Positions 25,854-63,913 of a stretch of 63,913 nucleotides of DNA are shown one piece after another; positions within the stretch are counted from its first letter, which is position 1, and each line of letters opens with the position of its first letter. The stretch covers positions 90,429,292 through 90,493,204 of the forward strand of contig NC_068990.1 in the NCBI RefSeq assembly GCF_001194135.2, given 5' to 3'. The notes beneath the pieces are model-generated. The model worked only from the letters and a program-made list of their open reading frames with translations, searched no databases and was not told where the DNA came from. Origin of the DNA: Octopus bimaculoides (taxonomy: Eukaryota). The position numbers were made by a program, and so were the translations under genes.

Positions 25854-27560
25854 TGATGTATAGCAAACTGGTTGAAGCTGGTATAGTATTACTTTTGAAA
25901 ACACTGCTGATTCGGATGAAAACCAAATTGAAACTGGAATGAAGCCCAACCAATTTGAATCGAGTGTTACACTTGGCAGTCTTAGAAACACCCTGCTACG
26001 CTTTGATTATCATTATCGTTAAATTTCTTCATTATTTTACCACTTATCAGAGAATATTTAAGATTACTTTTCCTATATATAATTATTGATCTCTTCAAGT
26101 TTGTTATGTATCATATAATTATTTTCAACATCATTATAATTTCTATAATATAGTGCTATGTTATGACAACTATTTTACAGAATAAAATGTATTTTTTCAG
26201 GTAATATTTTTTAAAAATTATTCTTGTTTCTGTTAATGAATTTTTTTTTTAATTTCCTGTTTCGGTTTAATTATAACATGTTTCTTTGAAGTAATCTTTT
26301 CGTAATATTAGAATCAATCTGTCAAATATTATTAATTAAAAATCTCATTAATTACGTATGAATTAGTTTTGAAACAGAAACAGAACAAATTTTGCTTGAA
26401 ACCAAATATTAAATCAAGGGTAATGTTTTGATAATCCAATGAAAAGTATGTGCCGTGTTGATAATAACAATTTTTACAGTGCCACAAACAAAAATAGGTC
26501 TGTTTAATTTCAAAGGTTATTTTTGCAGTAGACGAAGAATAAATTCCGTTTTGTCACACATATATGAATCTTGTACATTAGATTTCACTTCGTTTTTTTT
26601 TCTTTATTTTTGTTACATTTAATAACTGGGAAAAATTGGCGGCCCTATTTCATTAAGGCATTCACAATTAAATCGACTGTGAAACTCGATTTATCTAAAA
26701 CAACATAAAGCGAAAGTGTTTTATAAAATATTGATTTCTTTCAAATAGGGCCAACACCTCAAGTTTGTATTGGAAGTTTGATTGTATGAACGTCTCTATA
26801 TCAATAGTACTCAATTTATTGAATCTTTTGATAGCAGAGATAAATTGGCCAGGATGTATATTGAAATCAGATCATGGCGCGAGAGAACTAAATATTGTAA
26901 AATATCCAGTTTAATCCACCATGTTTTGTCTGTCATTTCAGCGATAAAGGAATGAATCATCAAATACTGAAGTCCCGTATATAAAACACACTACGTACAT
27001 GTTACAAATAATTGTTCAATAACATAAAATAAATTTAATTTTGAATTATGATATGAAAATGTGTTTATAACACCGAGCATACGGCATGGTATGTCACGTA
27101 CATAAAGATTCTACCAGTTTCGAGCTAGTTTGCTCTCCAGAGGTATCCCGCTGCCCCGTGTTGCCTTGGCCAGGGGCATATGTACGCGACAACAGCTAGC
27201 AGACAAAGTGTAAAATTGTAAAAGTACAGACCAGCACACTGATTTAATTACTTAGGGATTGAATTACCAGATCAAACTGTCAGTTTAGTACGTGACAACA
27301 ATAAAATTTCAGTGGTATTTAAATTAAAAAGCAAAGACGAGACGTTTTCAAGCGGACATCATCGACTGCCAAGAAACCTGCTAAGATGGGAATAGTTGGA
27401 AACACATTGACACACACATACAGACACATACACCCATACATACATACATACATACATACATACACATACACAAACACACTCTCTCTCTCTCTTCCTCTCA
27501 CAACAATATAGTATGCATGTATGAAAGTATGTATGTATGTATGTATGTATGTATGTATGT

Positions 27561-27629
<69 letters not shown>

Positions 27630-27694
27630 CTGGTAGGTAGAAAGATAGATAGATAGTTAGAGTGGTAGATAGCTAGCTATCTAGGTAGATAGAC

Positions 27695-27757
<63 letters not shown>

Positions 27758-27949
27758 GACGTTAATGAAAGAGTAGAGCTCTAAATATCTTGGAATGAAT
27801 CCTACGCTGACGGATAAATGCAGTTTCCTTATACCAAAATTCGTATTCATCTCAGTGAATGTTGAACGTAAGGAGAATGCAAGCAACTGATGGCGTTAGT
27901 TTTAGTTGGGCAATGCATATACACATCATATATACATACATATATAAAT

Positions 27950-27982
<33 letters not shown>

Positions 27983-28490
27983 TAGATAATTGTTATTGAT
28001 ACATATTTTTATATAGATAAAACTTTAAATTTTCTTTCAAAAGATTCCCCTGTTTCATATCATAGATGCCAGTTCCTTTAGGTTAAATGTAAACATTTTC
28101 AAAGACACTAGAGAAAAACTTTGTTGTTTAGTATATATAATTTTTATAGTTTACGTATGCAAATTTATTTTTAATAAACTTCATGAAGGCAATTACAACT
28201 TATTTTTAACAATTGACTTTCTATTATTGGTTTCTCTATAGCTAAACTTTACGTAGTCTTGTGGTCTTGTGGTCTGTTAGATACCGCGGAGATTAAGCCT
28301 CGACATAAATTTATGTAAAGATATGTAAAAAGCCAATTCACTGTTATATATTTGTAAGTAATTGTACGTACGTCTAAAGTTTCAGTGAATATGTTTTATA
28401 GAACGTATGAACATATCTGTGTTCGACATTATATCAGATCGATCGCACATACGAATGTATATGTGTGTGTGTGCATGTATGAAGGTTGTA

Positions 28491-28525
<35 letters not shown>

Positions 28526-28588
28526 NNNNNNNNNNNNNNNNNNNNNNNNNNNNNNNNNNNNNNNNNNNNNNNNNNNNNNNNNNNNNNN

Positions 28589-28625
<37 letters not shown>

Positions 28626-30074
28626 ACACAGACATAAATAGTTATATCTATCTATCCTATCTATCTGCATCTCTCTCTTTCTCTCTATGTATATATATAT
28701 GTACATATATATATATATACATTGAGTAACATTAAGAGACTGAGAGAGGGATGGGCCGAGGACATTAAAACGGAGGGAGTCACAGGCATAGAATATACTA
28801 TTTACACTATTTTATCTCTGACAGCCATTCTTGATATTCTTTACAATCTCTGTTCAAATATTGCCGGTCATCTTTGCCTTAATCTTTCCGAGTTCGATAA
28901 AATGAAGTTTCAGTTTGATATTATTAACTAAGCCGTTTCTCCAAAATTTTAGCCTTGTTTCTTTGTTTCATATTATTGGTATTTTTGAAACAGTATTACT
29001 AATAGTTCTGCGGCTAAATCATTGTTCTTTAACGGATTAATCATTCGTAAGGAATATATAATTTCAAACTTACATTAATCAGTTGAATTTTATCTGTGAA
29101 TTAATTAATTCGTTAACTAAGAAAAGGATATAATAATATTACTCTATATTAGATTTCTTCAATAGTCACAGAATCTTTATAGTTAAAGAAGAAACTTATA
29201 TACGGGAAAAATGTGACGTTTCGAATATTTTCACCAGGAATCATAGATGATATAAGCGCATTAGGAAGATTAAACCCGGGATTATTGGGGCCGTGATCTG
29301 ACCGGTTGAGAGTTTAAAATTTGCTCTGAAATACTCACAATGAAATAAATACAAGAAAAATATACTACAAATAACCGTATAGAATTGTTGTTCCTTTTTA
29401 CACTATTAGATGGCGCTTGTGTGATGATAGTGGAATTTACACTAGAGACGGCACCTAAGAATAAGTTTTCAGTTTAATGTTCGACAACTCAATAGTAAGT
29501 TGATCTGTTGCTTGTAACTGCCTTCACGTATGAATCATAATTCCGTTCCTCAGTTTTTGATAATCAGTGTTGGAAATTATACAGTAAGAACAAGGATGCT
29601 GTCTTTTCTCTTCAGATGAAAGCATTAAATATTACAAAAGTTTCAATATTATAGATTCTAAGATTAAAAGAGTCAGGTTTGTAAAAAAAAACGCTTTCAG
29701 TTACTTTCTGATATGACTTCACATTCTATTCCATTTACTCTATAAAGATATTTAAAAACTACCACGAAAATAAATATCAGAGGCTTTTAAATTATTATTA
29801 GGTTTATGTAACTAGTGAGCATGAGCGGTATTAACGATCATAGTAGGAAGCTATTACAGCTGACAATATTTCTAATATAGTTAAGATTTTTGTTTCTCAC
29901 AAGTCATGAAATTGTTTGTGAGAACGGACGTCTATGTTATCGACCGCGCTACTTGATTGCAACTTTATTTTATTAACCGATTCTGAAGGATATAAGGTAA
30001 AGTCGATCTCAGTACGATCAAATACTGGATATCATTGTATCCAATGCATTAATGATTCTGTCAAAGAATTGCCA

Positions 30075-30290
30075 CTTGGAAAATTATAATTTAGCCACAG
30101 GGTCAGGAATTTGTAGAGAAAGGAATTGGCTACTACATGGAACCCAGTACTTGGCAGATACTCAATTTTATCGACCCCAGGAATGGTAAAGGTGATCTTA
30201 GCGAAATTTGGACTAAAAACGTAAAGAGGCGGTGCGAATAACGCTTGGGATTTTGATGGAAGAATTAACGATTCTGTGAATCCACCGTGC
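30075..30290 (-). mobile_element. SINE family A, degenerate
   Basis: ccagtacttgg...attttatcgaccccaggaatggtaaagg...gaaatttggactaaaaacgtaaag matches reverse-complement family A. Confidence 0.65.
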
Positions 30291-31678
30291 AAGAGATGAA
30301 GAAAGACATTAATAAGAAGAGGTAGAAAGGAAGTAAGGTAAAACAGAGATGTGTAAAAGAAAATGAAGAAGGAAGGTTGATAGAAGAAAAAGGAGAAGAA
30401 GAAGAAGAGCAGAGAGGAGCAGAAAAGATGAAAGGGAGAAAGGACAAAAATAAGAAGAAAAATATATATACATTTAAAAAACAAAAAAGCAAACCTAATG
30501 AGAGAGAATGAAAGAAATGGACACGAACAAAAATCTTTTTATTACTTTTTTAATATCATTAATATATATGTATATATAGATGTATGTATGGGTAGAAAAT
30601 AATAAAAACAATATAAATGTCAAAAGAGATTGAAAAAGAAATGCAAACGAAACCTACGGAACAGATATCTTAAAACAAAACCATAATACTAGTAGCGCAT
30701 TAGATGTGACTGTATGTGAGTATGTGTGTGTGTCTGTGTGCGTGTGTGCGTGCGATTGTATCTATATATGTATAGACATTGAGATCGACAGCGAGAAATA
30801 AGTTATGAAGGAATTATTTCCGTATATAACCATGTTATCTTTTATTCTATCCTGGAACTTATTGCTGTGTTGCTGTTATATATATATATATATNNNNNNN
30901 NNNNNNNNNNNNNNNNNNNNNNNNNNNNNNNNNNNNNNNNNNNNNNNNNNNNNNNNNNNNNNNNNNNNNNNNNNNNNNNNNNNNNNNNNNNNNNNNNNNN
31001 NNNNNNNNNNNNNNNNNNNNNNNNNNNNNNNNNNNNNNNNNNNNNNNNNNNNNNNNNNNNNNNNNNNNNNNNNNNNNNNNNNNNNNNNNNNNNNNNNNNN
31101 NNNNNNNNNNNNNNNNNNNNNNNNNNNNNNNNNNNNNNNNNNNNNNNNNNNNNNNNNNNNNNNNNNNNNNNNNNNNNNNNNNNNNNNNNNNNNNNNNNNN
31201 NNNNNNNNNNNNNNNNNNNNNNNNNNNNNNNNNNNNNNNNNNNNNNNNNNNNNNNNNNNNNNNNNNNNNNNNNNNNNNNNNNNNNNNNNNNNNNNNNNNN
31301 NNNNNNNNNNNNNNNNNNNNNNNNNNNNNNNNNNNNNNNNNNNNNNNNNNNNNNNNNNNNNNNNNNNNNNNNNNNNNNNNNNNNNNNNNNNNNNNNNNNN
31401 NNNNNNNNNNNNNNNNNNNNNNNNNNNNNNNNNNNNNNNNNNNNNNNNNNNNNNNNNNNNNNNNNNNNNNNNNNNNNNNNNNNNNNNNNNNNNNNNNNNN
31501 NNNNNNNNNNNNNNNNNNNNNNNNNNNNNNNNNNNNNNNNNNNNNNNNNNNNNNNNNNNNNNNNNNNNNNNNNNNNNNNNNNNNNNNNNNNNNNNNNNNN
31601 NNNNNNNNNNNNNNNNNNNNNNNNNNNNNNNNNNNNNNNNNNNNNNNNNNNNNNNNNNNNNNNNNNNNNNNNNNNNNN

Positions 31679-31735
<57 letters not shown>

Positions 31736-33037
31736 TTATGAATGTATGTATGTATGTTTAAACTTATATGCATGTGTATATGTATGCATTTTCAATGAAG
31801 CAGAGAAAAAACAATAATAGGCAGTCTACAACAACTAACAAGTTCTCAAAAAATAAAACATATCAAAAGTGAAGTTTTGAGATAAAGGAATTATGTTTTC
31901 CGCATGTACTTGTATTTGTACGTTTATTATGTAATTGTCTCCCTTTAAAGCAAGAATATAACAAGGAAAAATAAGAGAGTTCATGAAGAAAGAGAAAGGA
32001 TTTGTAGTTGAACATCTTTAAAGATATCTAGGTAGATATATGTCAGACATTTTATCCCTAACCTGGGTGACTAGCGATCATGTAATGATATTTTTAAATT
32101 GGTATGTATATGTGTATACATGCATACATATGTATATTTACACATACATATATGTACATATATATGTATATATATATATGTATGTATAACTACTTATGCA
32201 TGCATGTGCTTATAGTGTGATGCGCCTGTATGTATGTTTATATATATATATATATATATATATAGTTATGTTTGTATATATGTATGCATGGGTTATTGGA
32301 GTATTTATGTATATATGTTTCTCAGTGTGCTCGTGCGTGTGTATGTGTGTGTCTATGTGTGTGTGTAAATACGCGTGGGAATGTAGATGTGCGTGCTAGT
32401 TCACGTGTGCGTGTATGTGTGTTTGATTATTTCATGCAATCAATTAATTGATTAATTTGAATATAATAATATAATAGAATAAATGCGAATAAATGAACAT
32501 TAAAATATTAATGACATCCGATATACACTGTTATTAAATTTGTTGAAAATAATGGAATGGATACACAATTATTAAAGACGTTTTAGTACAATTCTTCATA
32601 AGAGTTTTAATAAAATTTTAATATTCATTTTAGTTATTATAATATTACTATTGTTACTTTTTATTGTATTATTATTTTTATCATTATTACGGTTTTTGTT
32701 TTTCTTGTTATTTTTATTTTAATCATTATTATTATTGTTGTAATAGTTCTTAAAATATTACCACCATCGACATTATGATGATTTTAAAATTATTAAGATC
32801 ACTATCATTATTATTATTGTAGTTATTTTTTGATAGATATGACTGCTAGCATTTAGATTGCTAGTTATAATAGCGTTATTGAGATAAGATTGCTGTAAGA
32901 TTTTGATGATTTTTATAATAATTATAATTAATATTTATTTTAATATTTATTTGTTCATTTTGATATATTTGTTTCTTGTGTCATTTTTTTAAAATTTTCG
33001 CTCTGTATTTAAAGGAAGTAAAAATAAGAGGCTGCTA

Positions 33038-59333
<26,296 letters not shown>

Positions 59334-60402
59334 CTGAAATAATTGAAAAACTGTAATATTAGCTTTCGAAAATAGAGATTTACTTCTATTTTCAAACACA
59401 CAAATATGTAAACGTGCCGCACCCACGCACGCACTCACACACACATGCACGCACGCACACTCACATATGCACGCACACACGCACATGCGCACACACACAC
59501 ACACACACATATATATTGGGAAAAGTGTGTGTAAGTTGATGTGTATGCATATATATTTTAAAATAACTATAGTTATAAAAGTATTATCTTCCATCACATG
59601 TTTGTCATTAAAATTTCTGTATTTTTATGGTTTCAGATTCCAAACTTCCAAGAATCCACACAAAAGAATACAAATTTGATTTTCTATCCGATAATTGATG
59701 ATGTGACATAAATACATACCTATATACATACGTAAATGCATATATTTATGCGCGTGTAGAAGCCGTAAAATGCAAGTTAAATTTTTTATTATATTAAACA
59801 ATAGTCCAAGATTGCTTCATATTGTGATATTTCGAGTAAAAACTCCTTATCAAAATAGAAATAGCTAATTATATTAAATTCGGAAATTTTCAAATCCAAA
59901 CATATAGAAGCTCTACATATGCAGTGCAACGGTTTACGTGGTGCAATGTTGTGTCATCGACAACTCTTTACCTTGTTATCTTGAGCCAGACAAAAGTTGA
60001 GGAAAAACAGCTACTGGTGATTATGAATAATTTATACGAACCGGGGCGATGTAGCCGGAAAGAAATTCAATTTTCATCTGCTACAACTGTAAGATATAAT
60101 TCGCTTTTGTCTCGTTGCACTGCTTAGGCTAATGTATATAAATTTCACGAGATATTCCACAAGAGCAGATGTCTCCTTTGATATTGTAGGTTTTTCTCTT
60201 TTTCTTCTGTTTCTCAAGTGACCTTTTGACCTATTAAGCTCATCATTGCACATTTTCTTTCTTTCTCGTCCTTTAACTTGTTATTTCTACATTTTCAGGC
60301 ACGTGTCTAACTCAAGGCTTGATCCATTCCGCGTGGGATTCTTTTGTTAGTTATTTCTTTTTTTCGCTTTGTTACAAATTCCACTCGTGTTATTTGTGAC
60401 AC

Positions 60403-60447
<45 letters not shown>

Positions 60448-61169
60448 CACACATACACACACAAACACACACGCACACGCAAGCACGCATCCATATGCAC
60501 TAACACACACTCATATTCACACATATATATATATATAATCGAAGACACATAAAACAATAAATCGATTGCCAAATATACAGTTTTCCGAACCGAAACGAAA
60601 AGACACCACGAACAGCAAGATTGTTAAGTAAGGAAATTTCGGTGAAATAAGAGACAGGAGCTTTGAGTACAGAACTCTTTAACGATGAGAGTCAAATTTA
60701 AATATATCCTAAGATATAATAAAAACGAGAAATAACGCCGTTATAAGTAACAGGAAGCTACGATAGTTAGTAACGATTTCAATTATTACAACGGTAAAAA
60801 TAAACTGTTTTTTGACAACGGGAGAAGAGGAACTAACAGTGAAGATAGTTTATTGAGCTGGAAAATCTAAGATAACTACTTGTTTGTAATGAAGAAAAGA
60901 AACAGAAAGATAATATAAAGAAGGAATAGAACACAAATAGCTGTTCTACAGAACATATATATATTCTGCGTATTTATAGGTTTTCCACTACAATCTGGTG
61001 TGCATCATTATTAGGATTGGTTGAAAGTATTGGGTTTATCTTAATGTATACTTAAAATTATATACACACACATACATATGCAATTAGTATCTTTCTCACA
61101 CACATACATGCACATATATGCATGTATGCTTGCGCGTAATATACTAGAGAGATAAAGAAAACTATATAC

Positions 61170-61207
<38 letters not shown>

Positions 61208-61935
61208 ATAGACACACAGACAGACGGATAAATAGATAGATTTTAAACATCTTGATTTCTATATAGGCCTCCTTTTTTCCAGCAGAATTTATTCTTTTGA
61301 CATAAACTATAAACAGACTTAGAATAGTCATTAGCCACCGCAGCGAGGTTAACTTTTATATTAAAACCAAAATGAGATTTACTTGAAGACATTTTGATCC
61401 AAAGGACAGATAATAATTTAGGGCGCATTTTTCTATTCAACATAATTTTATCTTTATCAGCATCGGTAATATAATTCAAAGATCCAAGCCCCGTCAAGTG
61501 CATGTTTGCTATTCATTGATTCGGGGCCGAAGTACCAGAGTCGATGTTATCAACTAACCCTTAAAACTGCTGAATATGTACCTAAATCAGAAACTATTAT
61601 TCATAAAGCTAGCAAAATTTAGGGCATTAATAAACTTACGATGGGGTACAATATTTCATAGTGTCGATTTGTAAATATTTAGACTTCGATGTGTTAGAAA
61701 GTGGTTGAAAGCAATTCATAGCAGCCTGTATATTGTTCTAAAAGAGTGAGTGACAAAAGAGAAACCACTTTTAATCGTAGATAAGATCTTATCTTGTCTA
61801 AAATCTGTTTACTAATTATAACAATTACGTATTTGGTAAAAGTTAATAATCTAATAGAACCGCCATTATGGACGTTTGACTGTTAAATTTGAGAGAGGAT
61901 TCTGCGTATTTAGAGTTGGGAGGCTCCCTTCTATG

Positions 61936-62043
61936 ATTTATGTCTAAATTCAAAGTAATCAGACGATACATTTATGTGTAAATTCAAAGTAATCAGACGA
62001 TACATTTATGTGTAAATTCGAAGTAATCAGACGATACGTTTAT
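61936..62043. repeat. Tandem repeat, 34-bp unit x about 3.2
   Basis: taaattcaaagtaatcagacgatac recurs at 61945, 61979 and 62013 (one substitution in the third). Confidence 0.95.
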
Positions 62044-62728
62044 CTCTTAAGTACTTGGTTTGCTTGAATGAATTTACTGAGAATAACTAATTTCCTTCAT
62101 TTTCGGTTAAGTTCACATAGGAAACGGCTGTTGTATTTTCTTCGTGTTATATTTGTTAAGTGTTTCAAAAGATCATCTCCAAGACGTCGCAGTAATTGAT
62201 GGACACTCGTTAGACATCCAAACCATTTCAAATTTTACAAGAAAGGAATTAGTTATTTCCTTTCACTGTTATTTATAACAACTTTATAGCTTTAAGATTT
62301 CATTCATTAAACTCCACCTTTCACCTTTGAATATCTCCAACTAAGACGTATTATTTTCTCATATAACAAGCTACTTGTCTATCCTTCCCTTCTTGTCATT
62401 AATGTATATTTTCCGTGGTGTTTACGCGCATTTCTGTTATCGATCTGTTGTTCTAATATTCCCGTTACAGTTCTGAAAACAGACACGCACACAGACACGC
62501 GGGCGCACATAACTTGCTTATAAACATATTGCCAGGAATGTAACTGAACCCTTTGCTACATCTACAATTATAAAGATATCTAATTGGCAGACAAGCTCTA
62601 AACTATGATGACGCCATTAATTATGAGGCCGAAACATTGATGCACGAGCTGCAAAGAAAGGGGATTGTTCTATCTCTAGCCATGCAAAACCAATCGAACA
62701 TTTTTGCCTGATTTCGTGAATTATCGTA

Positions 62729-62941
62729 TTCTTTTACTTGTTTCAATCATTTGACTGTGGCCATGCTGGAGCACCGTTTTTAGTCGAGCAAATCAACCCA
62801 GGACTTATTCTTTGTAAACCTAGTACTTATTATATCGGTCACTTTTGCCGAACCGCTAAGTTACTGGGACGTAAACACGCCACCATCGGTTGTCAAGCGA
62901 TGTTGGGGGGACAAACACAGACACACAAACATATACACACG

Positions 62942-63006
<65 letters not shown>

Positions 63007-63167
63007 GACGGGCTTCTTTCAGTTTCCGTCTACCAAATCCACTCACAAGGCTTTGGTCGGTCCGATGCTATAGTAAAAGACACTTGCCCAAGGTGCTATG
63101 CAGTGGGACTGAACCCGGAACCATGTGGTTGGTAGGCAAGTTACTTACCACACAGCCATTCCAGCGC
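62729..63167 (-). mobile_element. SINE family B, full length, with expanded internal (TA)n
   Basis: Reverse complement is colinear with 11701-12085 from head to tail. Confidence 0.94.
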
Positions 63168-63403
63168 TGCTAACAATAGCTGTATCAATTTTATTTGAAC
63201 CTTAAGTTTTGAGAAAACTTTCACTTCAGTAAAAATGAAGCATACACCACATTAAACTATTTAAATTCATACCTTTGGCCCTTTTCGGTTATTTCCCTTT
63301 TAATAGTTTGATTTTAATTGTGCAAACAACGCTTAACAACATGTTACGAAATATTTTTCTGATGAGCAATGGCGGGAGTTGACCACCAAGCGTTATTGTA
63401 CTG

Positions 63404-63622
63404 GGCTAAGACGACTGGATGGCAGAACCGTTAGCACGCCGGGCAAAATGCTTGGGGACATTTCGGCCGTCTTTACGTTCTGAGTTCAAATTCCGCCCTG
63501 GACGACTTTTCCTTTTATCCTTTCAGTGTCGATAAAACAAGTACCAGTTGAGTACCTGATTTGATATAATCGACTTAGCCCCTTCCCTTTAATTCGAGGC
63601 ATTGTGCCAAAATTTGAAATCA
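63404..63622 (+). mobile_element. SINE family A, near full length
   Basis: tggcagaaccgttagcacgccgggcaaaatgct...gtctttacgttctgagttcaaattccgcc...ttttatcctttcagtgtcgataaaacaagtaccagttgagtac...tgtgccaaaatttgaaatc. Confidence 0.9.
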
Positions 63623-63832
63623 ATATGGGGCAAGACTAAACGTTGTCCATTCTATGGCATGGTAATCCATTCAACAACTTATTCTTCTTATTACAATAAT
63701 CTCCGAACATTCATGAGTAGGGCTAGAAAAACTACCATTAAACTTCGTTTTCTGTCTATAACGGAGGAATTTGTCAATAATCGGAGAATTTCCTTTGCAC
63801 AACATTCAATACATCCAACAATTATATCTCTT

Positions 63833-63880
<48 letters not shown>

Positions 63881-63913
63881 ATATATATGTATATATATAT
63901 ATATATATATATA

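Noticed and set aside
26641-26752. 10-bp inverted repeat ggccctattt / aaatagggcc
   Set aside because: The repeat is short, there is no target-site duplication, and no second copy occurs in the window.
29618-29678. Plus-strand AG...GT-bounded open segment (D)ESIKYYKSFNIIDSKIKRVR
   Set aside because: It is phase-incompatible with the 25200 candidate, has no recognised homology, and such signals are common by chance in AT-rich DNA.
59334-63913. Search for the first calexcitin coding exon
   Set aside because: I found no minus-strand segment encoding an N-terminus like MAAHQLSDFQRNKILRVFNTFY followed by G|GT. It is presumed to lie outside the window.

Overview
Eukaryotic, AT-rich, microsatellite-saturated genomic DNA with many N gaps, most plausibly from an octopus or other coleoid cephalopod (inferred from the calexcitin sequence and the repeat content). 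The one well-supported gene is a minus-strand calexcitin (EF-hand Ca2+ sensor of the sarcoplasmic calcium-binding protein type). I assembled five GT-AG coding exons by hand: 59333-59281, 48783-48673, 43612-43480, 40404-40307 and 33151-33038. Their phases are compatible, and only one overlaps a calexcitin-like ORF in the supplied track. The first coding exon (about 22 aa) was not found and probably lies beyond the right edge. The rest is intron or intergenic DNA holding at least three tRNA-derived SINE families (called A, B, C here), R4/Dong-like, RTE-like and CR1-like LINE fragments, a mariner transposase 3' end, two MITE-like elements, a decayed Penelope-type hammerhead motif, two minisatellites and many microsatellites. 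Nearly all ORFs in the track are microsatellite or N-gap artefacts. There is no CRISPR, rRNA or true tRNA gene. I found no clearly new multi-gene system. The most interesting signals are structural: fold-backs next to or inside the calexcitin pre-mRNA, (TAA)n-targeted LINE ends, and a SINE that appears to seed microsatellites. All family assignments are by motif recognition from memory, not database searches.
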